Assembly (NCBI RefSeq): GCF_009914755.1
Contig: NC_060926.1
Length of the DNA stretch: 64,000 bases
Source: the human T2T-CHM13v2.0 reference genome, Homo sapiens
Direction: 5' to 3' (one strand)
Shown: positions 14,721 through 34,032 of the stretch, in pieces
Position numbering within the stretch: the stretch's first letter is position 1
Layout of the letters: the number at the start of each line of letters is the position of its first letter
Translations under genes and position numbers: made by a program
Notes under the pieces: model-generated
Told to the model about the DNA's origin: nothing
The model's input: only the letters and a program-made list of their open reading frames with translations
Database searches by the model: none

Positions 14721-15725
14721 ATGGGGAAAAAACAGAGCAGAAAAACTGGAAACTCTAAAAATCAGAGTGCCTCTCCTCCTCCAAAGGAATGCAGCTCCTC
14801 ACCAGCATTGGAACAAAGCTGGATGGAGAATGACTTTGACAAGTTGAGAGAAGAAGTCTTCAGACGATCAAACTGCTCTGAGCTAAAGAAGGAAGTTTGA
14901 ACCCATGGCAAAGAAGTTAAAAACCTTGAAAAAAAAATTAGACAAATAGATAACTAGAATAAGCAATGCAGAGAAGTCCTTAAAGGACCTGATGGAGCTG
15001 AAAACCACGACACGAGAACTACGTGACAAATGCATAAGCCTCAGTAGCCGATTCCATCGGCTGGAAGAAAGGGTATCAGTGATGGAAGATCAAATGAATG
15101 AAATGAAGCGAGAAGAGAAGTTTAGAGAAAAAAGAATAAAAAGAAATGAACAAAGCCTCCAAGAAATATGGGATTATGTGAAAAGACCAAATCTACATCT
15201 GATTGGTGCACCTGAAAGTGACAGGGAGAATGGAAGCAAGTTAGAAAACACTCTGCAGGACAGCTTCCCCAATCTAGCAAGGCAGGCCAACATCCAAATT
15301 CAGGAAATACAGAGAATGCCACAAAGATACTCCTCGAGAAGAGCAACTCCAAGACACATAATTGTCAGATTCACCAAAGTTGAAATGAAGGAAAAAATGT
15401 TAAGGTCAGCCAGAGAGAAAGGTCGGGTTACCCACAAATGGAAGCCCATCAGACTAACAGCTGATCTCTTGGCAGAAACTCTACAAGCCAGAAGAGAGTG
15501 GGGGCCAATATTCAACATTCTTAAGAAAAGAATTTTCAACCCAGAATTTCATATCCAGCCAAACTAAGTTTCATAAGTGAAGGAGAAATAAAATCCTTTA
15601 CAGACAAGCAAATGCTGAGTGATTTTGTCACCACCAGGCCTGCCCTAAAAGAGCTCCTGAAGGAAGCACTAAACATGGAAAGGAACAACTGGTACCAGCC
15701 ACTGCAAAAACATGCCAAATTGTAA
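14721..15725 (+). pseudogene. L1 ORF1p (disrupted)
   Basis: ATGGGGAAAAAACAG start. ORF 14992-15567 contains EQSLQEIWDYVKRPNL and RATPRHIIVRFTKVEMKEK. Premature stops and frameshifts present. Confidence 0.95.
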
Positions 15726-15788
15726 AGACCATCAAGGCTAGGAAGAAACTGCATCAACTAACGAGGAAAATAACCAGCTAACATCATA

Positions 15789-17789
<2,001 letters not shown>

Positions 17790-18013
17790 ACAATGAGAAC
17801 ACATGGACACAGGAAGGGGAACATCACACACCGGGGCCTGTTGTGGGATGGGGGGAGGGGTGAGGGATAGCATTAGGAGATATACCTAATGTTAAATGAT
17901 GAGTTAATGGGTGCAGCACACCAACGTGGCACATGTATACATATGTAACAAGCCTGCACGTTGTGCACATGTAACCGAAAACTTAAAGTATAATAATAAA
18001 AAAAGAAGAAATA

Positions 18014-18590
18014 AATGAAAATCTAGAAAGGAAAATACAACATCTGAAATTTAAAATTTCTTGTAAGAACTGCACATCTTAATATAGGCGACAGAGGAAA
18101 GAGTAAGTTAATTTGAATATAGGTGGAAAAAATTATTTAATATGAAAACAAAGAGAAAAAAGATAGTGAAACATGAACAGAATCTCAGAGCCTATTAGAT
18201 AATATCAAATAGTTCAACAAATGTGTAATTGGTACCCTAGAAAATGAAGAAAAAGAGAATGGCTGGGGGAGAATATTTAATAAAATAATACCCCCCAATC
18301 CTAAATTTGCTAAAATACAAATTTTGAATACCCATTCTCATAAAACAGCAAATGAACAAACATATAAATAAATCATACTGAGCCATATCATAGTAAAACT
18401 GTTGAACGTAAAAGATCAAGATCAGAGCTTAAAACAGCAAGAAACACATACATGCACACACACACACACACACACATTTACATGCACAAATTACATACTG
18501 TCAAGAAAAGTTTCAATTAAAGGCTAAATTATCATCAGCAAAGGCCAAAACTGAGTGGAATCTCTTTAATGTTTTGGAAAAACTTTATTT
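18014..18590 (+). mobile_element. Old L1M ORF1 remnant with (CA)n at ~18445-18476
   Basis: Continuation of the 12945-13689 element. Confidence 0.55.
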
Positions 18591-21399
18591 AAAAAAAAAA
18601 TCAGTGTTTTATGTTGCTGTTTGACTTTGCAACATCTTGAAAGTCCTAAAAGTAGTTTTTAAAACCATCAGTGCTGCATGCTGCTGCTGCTTGACTTTTA
18701 AAATAAAAACACACTGCCTGCATTTCACCTCTATTCAGGTACACAGTACAGTGGGACACTTGAGGAGAAGACCGAAATACTGTTGCATAAGAAATCTGGT
18801 CAATATTCTTTATGCATACCTTGTTAGATGACAAGGCTTAATATTTGTAGACAAGGTTAGCTAATTGTAGAGCTTTTCCATTACCTTCTGCTCACTCTTG
18901 CTTTCTCTCAGCCTCAGGAAAGTCTAATGGCAGATATTCACATTTTGATGTGAATGAATATAAGATATTATATAGCTGGTGTCAAAGTTATTGCCTTTAA
19001 ACCTGTATTTCTGTGTGGAATACCTTATTTTATCCATTATAATGGAAATTTTAGGCATCACTGTCAAAGAGAGGAAGTTTGAGAATAGAAAATGGTCTTT
19101 CCTTGAGCCACTGAAATCACTGACAGCAATTACATTTTACACATATATGAAAACTACTGTATTCAATAACATTAAAAGAATGAAGCATTATAGAAACAGT
19201 AGAATGTGTTTTAAAGAGCACCTATAACTACTGGTATTGTCTATCATTAGTCCAGTGAATTAAAAGTTTGGTGCCTCATACACAGTTACATATGCATATA
19301 TACACAAACTTGTGTCTTGGAAGTGTGAGCAGTTGAATATATCTTGCAAATCAAATCAAACCAATGCATATTCTAGAGGAAATGAATCTCAGGTATGTGC
19401 TGCCAGTATTTATTAAGTAGTTGCATAATGGCCTTTAACCTCTGGCAAACACAACAGGGAACCTGCTCAGAGCTGCCATGCACTGGGACTCATTCCTGAC
19501 CCCCAACGATTCCCAGGGGAATGGATGTTTTGAACTGGCAGGGAGAGCAACCCATTCTCACAATGGACCTCTGGAATCCTGGCAGGAGGAGATCCCTCAA
19601 CCACCACAGGTACTAAGTTGCAAGGGAGAGCTGCTTAAGGGAATGGTAGGGGCATCCTACCCCTCCTCTATCAGGAGCTAGCTGATATGAAGCCCAGAGG
19701 GTTTGGTGCAGAAGTGTCTGTAACAGGACATGGCCAGGGATGACTATCCTCTATGTTTTACTTCCTTCCAAAGAAGACTTTAACCCTAGGGGAACTGTCA
19801 GACCTGAACTCTGCAGGACAGTCTTGGCCATCCTATGGGGCCAATCTGATCTGAGATCCCCTTGGTCTGCTGGTCTCTCCCAGGACCCCAGCCAAACAGC
19901 AATTACTTGCAGGCAGCCTCAAGTGCCCTGGGGCCAGCATCATAGCTCCTGTGCCGGCAGACCGTGCCTGATCAGTGAAGAGCTCCAGGAAGGTGGCCCT
20001 CACGGCTATGCACCAGTTCACCATTCTCTCCCTACACTGCAGCAACCCCTGGGCCCACAGAAATTCCCCACATTATTTTCTCAGTGTGTGTGTTTGAAGG
20101 CGGGTTTTGACTTCCTTGCCCCGCAAGTGAATATGTGTGCAGGCATCCTGCCCTGCCACTGCTGCAGCAGGAGTGCAGTCTGCCCTCCCTCCCCTACCAA
20201 CCACATTGCAGTCTGAGCCTTGACAGGCACAGAGCCAGCCAGCCCTTCCCCCACCAGTGCCCCATCCTTGCACCAACACTGCTGCAGGAGTGTTGATCCT
20301 CAGCAGAGAGGCACAGAGAACAGCAGACCCTCCCCTCCTCTGAGCAACCACCCCTGCCTAGGCACACAGAGAGGGCACACAGACCTGTGCCCACCAGCAC
20401 CCCATCCCCATGCAAATACCACCACTAGCACCACCACATGCAATGACCATCATTCTCCCACTCCCAGCCAAGATGCTGAATGTCGTGAATGCCCACATGG
20501 AGGCAAGCACCCTGGCACCCAGTAGCAACCTGCCACAGCCAATGAGCATGTCCCCACTAGGCGGTCACTGACACGGCTGCTGGCACATGTAAACAAGGAT
20601 GTATCCCATTGTCACCGTACTACAAAACGTTTTGGCTGACACCACCCAACAGAGTGTGGTGAGAAGCTGTCTGGGAGCACCTAAGGCTGCTTACAGAGCA
20701 GGTTATTCCTAACTTTGAGGAGACAGAGAACAAATTCGGGGCCCAATACAGGTACCCAAGAGTTAGAGCACACAGTCCAGGAGTTGGGAGCTGAGCACTG
20801 GCCCTGTAAAATCTTCAGAAATGAAGCCAGTTTGGATGAATCAACCTCATGCCACAATCAAACCCTCAAGGTCATTAGGTAGGATAAAAGAAAAAAATTA
20901 TCCAAAGACCAGCAACTTCAAAGACTGAAGGAACATCACCCAAAAACATAAGGAAGAATGAGGGCAAGAACCCTAACAACCCAAAAGCCAGACTGCCTTC
21001 TTTCCTCCAAATGACCACAACACTTCTCCGCCAAGAATTCTGAACCAAGCTGAGACAGGTGAAATGACAGAAATAGATTTCAGAATATGGATAGGAACAA
21101 AGATCATTGTGATGAGGAGTATGTTGAAACCAAATTTCAGGAAGCTAAGAATCATAATAAAGCAATGCAGGAGCTTACAGACAAAATAGCATAGAAAAGA
21201 ATGTAACTGACCTGACAGAGCTGAAAAACACACTACAAGAATTTCATAATGCAATCACAAGAATTAATAGCAGAATAGACCCAGTGGAGGAAAGACTCTC
21301 AGAGCTTGAAGACTGGTTTTCTGAAATAAGACATTCAGACAAGAATAGAGAAAAAAGAATAACAAGGAATAAGCAAAACCTTCAAGAAATATGGAATTA

Positions 21400-21745
<346 letters not shown>

Positions 21746-22838
21746 TCATTGTTGTTCCTGAAAGACATGGGGAGAATGTAAGCAAATTGGAAAATATATT
21801 TCAGGATGGCACCCATGAGAACTTTCCCAACCTAGCTAGAGAGACTAACTTTCAAATTCAGGAAATTCAGAGAAGCCCAGTAGAATACTTCATGAAAAGA
21901 TTATCCCCAAGATAAATAAGCATCAGATTTTCCAAGGTTGAAATGAAAGAAAAAAATGTTAAAGGCAGCTAGAGAGAAAGGTGAGTTCACCTACAAATGG
22001 AAGTCCATCAGACTAATAGCAGACCTCTCAGCAGAAACCCTACAAGCCAGAAGAGATTGGAGGCCAATATTCAACATTCTTAAAGAAAACAGATTCTATA
22101 TCCAGTGAAACCAAGCTTCATAAGCAAAGGAAAACAAGATCATTTTCAGACAAGCAAATACTGAGGAAATTTGCTACCACCAAACCTGTCTTACAAGAGC
22201 TCCTGAAGGAAGCACTAAATATGGAAAAGAAAAACCACTACCAGCCACTACAAACACAGTACACAGGCCACTGACACTATAAAGCAACCACATAAACAAA
22301 CCTGTATAATAACCAGCTAACTCATGATGAAAGTACTAGATCCACACATATCAATACTAACCTTGAATGTAAATAGGCTAAATGTCCCAATTGAAAGACA
22401 CAGAGTGACAAGACCCACGGGTATGCTGTCTTCAAGAAATCCATCTCACCTGCAATGACACACAGAAGTTCAAAATAAAGACATGGAGAAAAATATATCA
22501 AGCAAATGGAAAACAGAAGAAAGCAGGGGTTGCAATCCTAATTTCAGACAAAACAGACTGTAAATCAACAAAGATAACAAAAGACACAAAAGGACATTAC
22601 ATAATGGTAAAGAGTTCAATTCAACAAGAAGATCTAACAATCCTAAATATACACACACCCAATACAGAAGGAACTAGATTCATGAAGCAAGTTCCTAGAG
22701 ACCTTCAAAGAGATTTAGACTTCCACACAATAATAGTGGGAAACTTAACACTTCACTGCCAGTATTAGACAGATTATCAAGGGAGAAAGATAACAAAGAT
22801 AGTTAAGATTTGAACTCAGCACTGGATCAAATAGACTT

Positions 22839-25292
<2,454 letters not shown>

Positions 25293-28200
25293 TCAAAAGA
25301 TTAACAAATCCAGGAGTTGTTATTTTGAAAAAAACTAAACTAAAAATAGATACACTACTAGCTAGACTAAGAAAGAAAAAAAAGAGAGAAGAGAAGTGAC
25401 AAAGGAGATATTACCATTGACCCCACAGAAATACAAATAACCTTCAGAGAATATTATGAACAACTCTATGTACGTAAACTAGAAAATCTAGAAGAAATGG
25501 ATAAATTACTGGATGCATACACTCTCCCAAGGCTGAGTCAGGAAGAAATTGATTCCCTGAACAGACCAGTAATGAGCTCTGAAATTGAATCAATAATAAA
25601 TAATCTACAAACCAAAAAGAAGCTTAGGACTAGATAGATTCACAGCTGAATTTTGCAGATATATAAAGAAAAGCTGGTACCATTCCTACTAAAACTATTC
25701 CTAAAAATTGAGGAGGAGGGACTCCTTCCTAACTCATCCTATGAGGTCAGCATCCCCCTGATATCAAAACCTGGCAAACACACGACAAAGAAAGAAAACT
25801 TTGAGCCAATATCCTTGATGAACATCAATGCAAATTCCTCAACAAAATACTGGCAGACTGAAACCAGCAGCACATCACAAGCTTATCCACCACAATCAAG
25901 TAGGCTTTATCCCTGGGATACAAGGTTGGTTCCAAATACGCAAACCAATAAATGTGATTTGTCACATAAACAGAAGTAAAGACAAAAAAATTACACGATT
26001 AAATCAATAGATACAGAAAAGGCTTTCAGTAAAATTTAACATTCCTTCATGTTAAAAACTCTCAATAAACTAGGTATTGAAAAAATCGTACTTATAAATG
26101 ATAAGCGCCATCTATGAAAAACCCACAGCCAATATCATACTGAATGAGCAAAACCTGGAAGCATTCTTCTTTGAAACTTGCACAAGACAAGGATGCCCTC
26201 TCTCATCACTCCTATTCAACATAGTATTAGAAGTCCTAGCCAGAGCAATTAGGCAAGGGAAAGAAATAAAGGGCACCCAAATAGGAAGAGAGAAAGTAAA
26301 ACACTCCCTTTTTGCAGATGACATGATCCTACATCAACAAAACCCCATATTCTCAGCTCCAAAGCTCCTTAAACTGATAAACAGCTTCACCAAAGTCTCA
26401 GGATACAAAAATAATATACAACAGTTACTAGCATGCCTATACACCAATAATAGTCAAACCATGAGCCAAATTACAAATACAATCACATTCACAGTTGTCA
26501 CAAAAAGTATAAAACACCTAGGAGTACAGCTAACTAGGGAGGTGAAAGATCTCTAAAAGGAGATCTACAAACTCCTGCTCAAAGAAATCAGAAATGACAC
26601 AAACAAATGAAAAACCATTCCATGCTCGTGGATAGAAAGAATCTATATCATTAAAATGGCCATACTGCCCAAAGAAACTTATAGATTTAATGCTATTCCT
26701 CTTAAACTACCAATGATATTCTTCACAGAACTAGAAAAATTTAAAATTCATATGGAACCAAAAAAGAGCCCAACTAGCCAAGGCAATCCTAAGTAAAAGG
26801 AACAAAGCTGGAGGCATCATACTACCCAACTTCAAACTATAATACAAGGCTACAGTAACCAAAACAGCATGGTACTAGTACAAAAATAGACACATAGACC
26901 AATGGAACAGAATAGAAAACCCAGAAATAAGTCCACACAACTACAACTATGTGATCTTCAAAAAAGTTGACAAACTCAAGCAATGGGGAAAGATGCCCTA
27001 TTCAATAAATGGTGCTGGGATAACTGGCTAGCCACATGTATAAGATGGAAACTGGACCCTTTCATTACACCATATGCAAAAATCAACTCAAGATGGATTA
27101 AAAGACTTAATTGTAAAACCCAAAACTGTAAAAACTTTGGAAGATAACCTAGGTATCACCATTATGGGCATAGGACCAGGCAAAGATTTCATGACAAAGA
27201 TGCCAAAAGCAACTACAACAAAAGCAAAAATTCACAAGTGGGATCTAATTAAACTAAAGAGCTTGTGCACAGCAAAAGAACCTATCACGAGACTAAACAG
27301 ATGACCTACAGAATGGGAGAAAATTTTTGCAAACCATGCATCTGACAAAGGTCTATTACACAGTTTCTATAAGGAACTTAAACAAATTTACATGAAAAAA
27401 CAACCCCATTAATAAATGGGGAAACAACAAGAATAGTCACTTTTTGAAAGAAGACATAAATGTAGCCAACAAGCATATGAAAAAAAAGCTCAACATCACT
27501 GATCATTAGTGAAATGCAAATCAAAATCACAATGAGATACCACCTCACGCCAGTCAGAGTAGGTATTATTAAAAAGTCAAAAAATAACAGATGCTGGTGA
27601 GGTTGTGGACAAAAGGGAACACTTATATACACTATTTGTGGGAGTATAAATTAGTTCAACCATTGTGGAAAACAAGGTGGCAATTCTTCAAAGACCTACA
27701 AACAGAACTACCATTCAACCCAGCAGTCCAATTACTGGGTATATACCCGACGGAATATAAATTATTCTATCATAAATACACATGCACATGTATGTTCATT
27801 GCAGCACTATTCATAATAGCAAACATGGAATCAACTTAAGTGCCCATCAGTGGTAGACTGGATAAAGAAAATGTGATACATACACACCATGAAATACTAT
27901 GCAGCCATTAAAAAGAATAAGATCATGTCCTTTACAGGAACATGGATAGAGCTGGAGGACATTATCCTTAGCAAACTAACACAGGAACAGAAAACCAAAT
28001 ACTGCATGTTCTCACTTATAAGTGAGAGTCAAATGATGATAACACATGGACACATAGAGGGGAACAACACACGCTGGGGCCATCAGAGGACAGAGGGTGA
28101 GAGGAGGGAGAGGATCAGGAAAAATATCTATTGCATACTAGGCTTAATACCTGGGTGATAAAATAATCTGTACAACAACCCCCATGATATGGGTTTACAA

Positions 28201-28706
28201 ATCTGCACATGTATCCCTTGAACTTAAAGTAAAAGTTATAAAAAGGAATAAATCTAAAAATATATTATTTTATAAAGTAGTGAGCATATTCTCTGTATTT
28301 TTCTCTCTCTAAAGTATTTAATGTTAAACCATAATTAAATTTTTGTGGTTGTTAAGAAGTTTCCATTTAACCTAATTCCCTTTCTTGGAATTTTTCACTG
28401 GATTAAATTGACAGAACCTTTCGAATATCCCCTTCAATATCCTTGAAGTTCAAATGATCTGATGTTATAACTAACTTCCATGAAATTAATATTTAAGGAG
28501 AAATCTCTAGGCATGTTGCTGAGTTTAAGACAATGAAGATGTGTCATCTTAATTGGAATTCATTTTCATTTAATATTTCATCACAAATACAAGTTCTCAA
28601 AGCTACTTAAATGTAAATCGCCATTGTTATTCTCAATTTCCACAGAAGTCCTTCATATTGGCCTTTTCTGTTCCTGTCTACTAAATGCTGTACAATTCAA
28701 CCTTGA

Positions 28707-29620
<914 letters not shown>

Positions 29621-29874
29621 CACACTCAATCAGAATGAGATTGGTTATAGAATACTGTTCAAGTTTTGGGTGTATATATATCTTGGGTATATTTTATAGC
29701 TCTTTCATCACTATCATATAAAAAAATCTAGTCCAGTCTCTTTCAACCCTTCTCACTACTTTAAATTCCTCAGACTTTGGCATGCATAGTGATAAGGAAT
29801 ATTCATGGACATACACACATACACACATAATTGAATTTGTGTGTATGTGTATGTATGTATATATGTCGAAGAAT

Positions 29875-30270
29875 ATTCTAGTAAATGTTTAGCAACTAGA
29901 TATCCAGAAAAGAAAGAAAAGGCCTGATTTTCATTTGCCACCATGGACAGTTTCAAACTACCAATATGTCATTAAAAATATGACAATATGAAAAATATGA
30001 CCAATAGCATGTGCACACACATTCACCCACAATTTTCACCTTCTGAGGGTATCATTTGCAGCACTAAGTTCTTAATTTTGAGAAGTCCAATTATTCATTC
30101 TTTTGTTACTTGTGCTTTTGGTGTCCTATTTTAAAAAGTATTGCCTAATCCAAGGTTATAGAGATTTACACTTAGGTTTTTGTCTAAGATTTTTAATTTC
30201 AGTTCCTACATTCGGGTCTTTGATTCATTTTGAGTTAATTTTTGTAGATGATGTGAGGTAGACGGGGGTC
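29875..30270. mobile_element. MER63-like fragment (~29875-30040) followed by an antisense L1M fragment (~30050-30270)
   Basis: GTAAATGTTTAGCAAC...CCACCATGGACAGTTTCAAACTACCAA, then TTGTGCTTTTGGTGTC...TTGCCTAATCCAAGGT...CATTTTGAGTTAATTTTTGTA. Confidence 0.6.
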
Positions 30271-32024
30271 TCAATTTCCAAAACAATTGAGGATAAAATA
30301 ACACATTCAGGGAAAAGTAAGAGAAGTAAAAGGTAGACCAATCTTTCTCACTACTTTAAATTCCTCAGGCCAAAGAGCTATGAAATACACCTAAGATGCA
30401 TTACAGTATACCTTTCAAAAAAGGTAAAATCATTAGTTTATTCAAATATAAAATGTGACAGTTTTTATACAGCATATTAATTAATGAAGGAATCAGTAAA
30501 ATGTTGTAACCAGTTTAAAGAACGGTTTAGAAGCTAGGGTAGTTACAGAATAATAAGAAGTTAAGTTCGATACAAAAGTGATCAATATACAACAGGACCA
30601 TATATCTTCAAGATTATGTGTTTCATTAGAGATTAATTATTTATATTGCTTCTGTACAAAGCAAGAAGTTTCACTATGTTTGGGAACTTTAATCAATTGT
30701 AAATACTGAAATGAATGAAGTTACATCTCTAGATAATCCCTGAGTGGCCTTTGCCTCTGTACAACATTGAAGGGATATGTATAAGTGTTTTGACTAAAGT
30801 TACAACACATTGACTAACAAAGTAGAGGCTAGACAATGGGGCTTTTGCCTTCTACTGCCATACATATTACTCTCATTCAGTTATCTGTCTTAAAAGGGAA
30901 CAGTAAACTTTAGAAGCAAATACATCTATTGTGAGTTTGTTTCATCTCCACAGTAGTTCCTTTCTTATTGTTAATTATTGGTGTTTCAATAAACAAACAT
31001 AAAACATTCTATGCCGTTACATTTTCATACCAACTGTGACAAGTGGAAGTATTTATTCCTCAAGGTTTCATAACCAAACAATTGCATGTGCTCTCATCTC
31101 TCTTTGGATCTGATGTTTTATTTCTGGGTTAATGGGGAGCATACTAAATTGTCCTCCACTTAGAACACTTAGTAATATGTGGCAAATCTCAGATTTTTGT
31201 TTCTGCCATGAAGGGTATTCTACATGTCAATAGTCACCAGTGAATTCACTGTTAAAAGAACTTAAAGGATTTGCTTTGATCTTGGAAGCCTGTCATTAAA
31301 ACTCCTGCCAATTGGCAAAAACTTGAAAGGTTTGCTTTTCAGCAAGGAGTCATAGGAAAGTTTAATCAATTAGACTTGGCTTGATTTTTTCCCTCAGAGT
31401 GTTTTCTTCTTTGAAAGACTCCCCAGAAGGATAAATTAATATGTCAAAGAAAAATCCAGATCTGAAGTTAAAATGGACAAAGGTATCATTATACATTATC
31501 ATGTATAAAAGAGACATAAGCTTCTATGTCACAGCTTTGCATCTCAATGCTCAGGCACCATGCCTGACTTCCCCAAGAAGAGGAATGTTTTTGGCATATA
31601 AACAAGCTTAACTGCTAAAACCATCTTAATCCACTTCCTTTCTCTTTGCCTATTCTCCTTGCATGTGGTGTGCAAACCAAACACGAGTCTTTTTTCCATT
31701 AACTTTAATATCCATTGGGAAGAATATCACCCCATTATGGAACACCTATTTCATTGCCAATAGTTCTCATGACTCTTAACCCTGGCAGGATTGAAGACTT
31801 GTGGGAAATTTCCAGCCTTGGTTTAGGGTCCTTTATGTTTTCACAGCCTTTCTTCCTTGGAAAGGTAGGCTAACCTTTTCATATTATTTTCTGTTTTGGA
31901 AACTAGAAACCTTTCTCAACTGTATAAAATAAACAGAAAAATCAGTGAGTATGAATACGGAATCATTTATTCATTTTTATTTTAATTTCTCCTTGATTAT
32001 TAAAGATATATTTTAATATACTCT

Positions 32025-32528
32025 TTTTTATTTAATTTTTTAATTGGCTGACAAAATTATATGTGTTTTTCACATACAATTTAATGTTTTGAAGTATATA
32101 TACATTGTAAAATAGTTCAATCTAGCTAATTAACAATTGCATTACTTAACACAGTTATCATTTTTGAGGTAAGAACACTTAACATCCATTCTCTGGGTTT
32201 TTCAAGAATACAATATACTGTCATTAACTATAGTCACCATGCTCTACAATAGATCTCTTGAACTTATTTCTCCTATCTAGTTGTATTTATGTTTCCTTTT
32301 ACCATCATCTCCCAACCCCTCTTCCACCTAACCATGTAGCCCCTGGAAACCATCAGTCTGCTATCTACTTCTACAAGATTAACTTTTTTAAATTCCACAT
32401 ATGAGTGAAATCATGTGATATTTGTCTTACTGTGCCTGGATTATTTCACCTGATATAATGTTATCCAGGTTCATCCATGTTATCACAAATGATAGTATTT
32501 CCTTCTTTTTCTCACTAAATAGCATTTC

Positions 32529-32567
<39 letters not shown>

Positions 32568-32610
32568 ACACATTATATATGTCACATCTCTGTATTCATC
32601 CATCTGTTAA
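32025..32610 (-). mobile_element. L1MA-type 3' end with (TG)n at 32532-32565
   Basis: TTAACTATAGTCACCATGCTCTACAATAGATCTCTTGAACTTATT and ATTCCACATATGAGTGAAATCATG. Confidence 0.85.
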
Positions 32611-33054
32611 ATATACTAATAAAGAAGAAAAATAAAGATTACGCTGAAATATAATATTATGATTTAGTATATATATGGTTATATTTCTTTGGGTTTACTC
32701 TAGCATGGTTATTAAACTCTCAAAGTTAAAGAGCATATTCAAAATGTAATGCCTTCCCTGAACATGCTTTATGTTCACATTATCTTATTTACTTTTACTT
32801 ATCCACTACATTTAATCAGACGTGAAATCCTCTGGTTTCATCCTTTTAAGGTGTTCCAAATTTTTCTCTTAGGTTTTATTACACAGCCATACACTAAAAA
32901 TTGTACTTGGATTGCCGCAGCTACATCCTAGTTTATCTCCCTTATTTTCATCTGTGACTTCATCTCCACCAGATGAATATAGTTAACATACTGGAAGAAA
33001 GTGATTCTTTTCTGTTAATGCCACTCCAGAATGTTTTAAGATTTGACGTTATCT

Positions 33055-33485
33055 TGTCAGGCCTCTGAGCCCAAGCCTGCACATATACATCCAGATGGCC
33101 AGAGGCAACCGAAAACTACAAAAGAAGTAAAACAGCCAGCTCCTGTCTTAAATGATTGACCAACCTTACGACATTCCATTATGACTTGTTCCTGCCCTGC
33201 CCCAACTGATAGATTGATCGACCTCGTGACATTCTTCTTCTGGACAATGAGTCTTATGATCTCCCCACCATGCACCTTGTGACCTCCTCTTCTGCTGACA
33301 ATAGATAACCACCTTTCACTGTAACTTTCCACTGCTTACCCCAGTCCTGTAAAACTGCCCCACCCCTATCTCCCTTTGCTGACTCTCTTTTCAGACTAAG
33401 CCCACTTTTACCCAAGTGAAATAAACAGCCTTGCTGCTCACACAAAGTCTATTGGTGGACTCTCTTCACATGGACACGCTTGACA
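33055..33485 (+). mobile_element. 5' LTR (LTR7 family, probably LTR7C-like)
   Basis: TGTCAGGCCTCTGAGCCCAAGCC...CTTGACA. The TATA position reads TGTAAAA (33348-33354). AATAAA is present at 33420-33425. Confidence 0.93.
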
Positions 33486-33487
33486 TT

Positions 33488-33505
33488 TGGTGCCTTGACT
33501 CAGAT
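33488..33505 (+). promoter_or_regulatory. Primer-binding site for tRNA-His
   Basis: TGGTGCCTTGACTCAGAT versus the His PBS TGGTGCCGTGACTCGGAT (2 mismatches), just after the 5' LTR. Confidence 0.9.
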
Positions 33506-33623
33506 CAGGGGACCTCCCTTGGGAGATCAATCCCCTGTCCTGCTGCTGTTTGCTCTGTCAGAATATCCACCTATGACCTTGGGTCCTCAGACCAGCCCAA
33601 GAAACACCTCACCAATTTTAAAT

Positions 33624-33632
33624 CGGGTAAGA
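33624..33632 (+). promoter_or_regulatory. HERV-H major splice donor
   Basis: CGG|GTAAGA about 140 nt downstream of the 5' LTR, the usual HERV-H leader donor position. Confidence 0.65.
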
Positions 33633-34032
33633 GGCCTCTTTTTACTCTCTTCTCCAACCTCTTTCACTATCCCTCAACCTCTTTGCCCTTTCAATTTCAG
33701 CACCACCCTTCAATCTCTCCCTTCCCTTAATTTCATTTCCTTTGCTTTTTCTGGTAGAGACAGAGGAGACGCGTTTTATCCGTAAACCCAAAACTCCAGC
33801 GCCGGTCACGGACTTGGGAAGACATTCTTCCCTTGGTGTTTGATCACCGCGGGGATGCCTGCCTGATTATTCACCCACATTTCAGAGGTGTTCCGTCACC
33901 GCAGGGATGCCTGCCTTGATCCTCCACCTTGGTGGCAAGTACCACCTCCTCTGGGTAGCAAGTACCACACCCCCACCCCCACCCCCGCCACCATGTCTCT
34001 ACCCCTCTTTTCTCTAAACTTACCTTTTTACT

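Noticed and set aside
17845-17866. G-quadruplex motif
   Set aside because: Standard G-rich tract of L1PA 3' UTRs.
19478-20549. GC-richer block with many overlapping ORFs, resembling a promoter or exon
   Set aside because: It is the CpG-depleted 5' UTR of the old L1 and leads directly into ORF1.
30400-31950. Long repeat-poor stretch as a hidden exon or conserved element (also 1-2100, 18600-19440, 55950-56760)
   Set aside because: No ORF, splice pair or structure I can support; conservation or expression data would be needed.
33840-33975. Short direct repeats (TCACCGC.GGGATGCCTGCCT twice; CAAGTACCAC twice)
   Set aside because: Normal HERV-H leader repeats.
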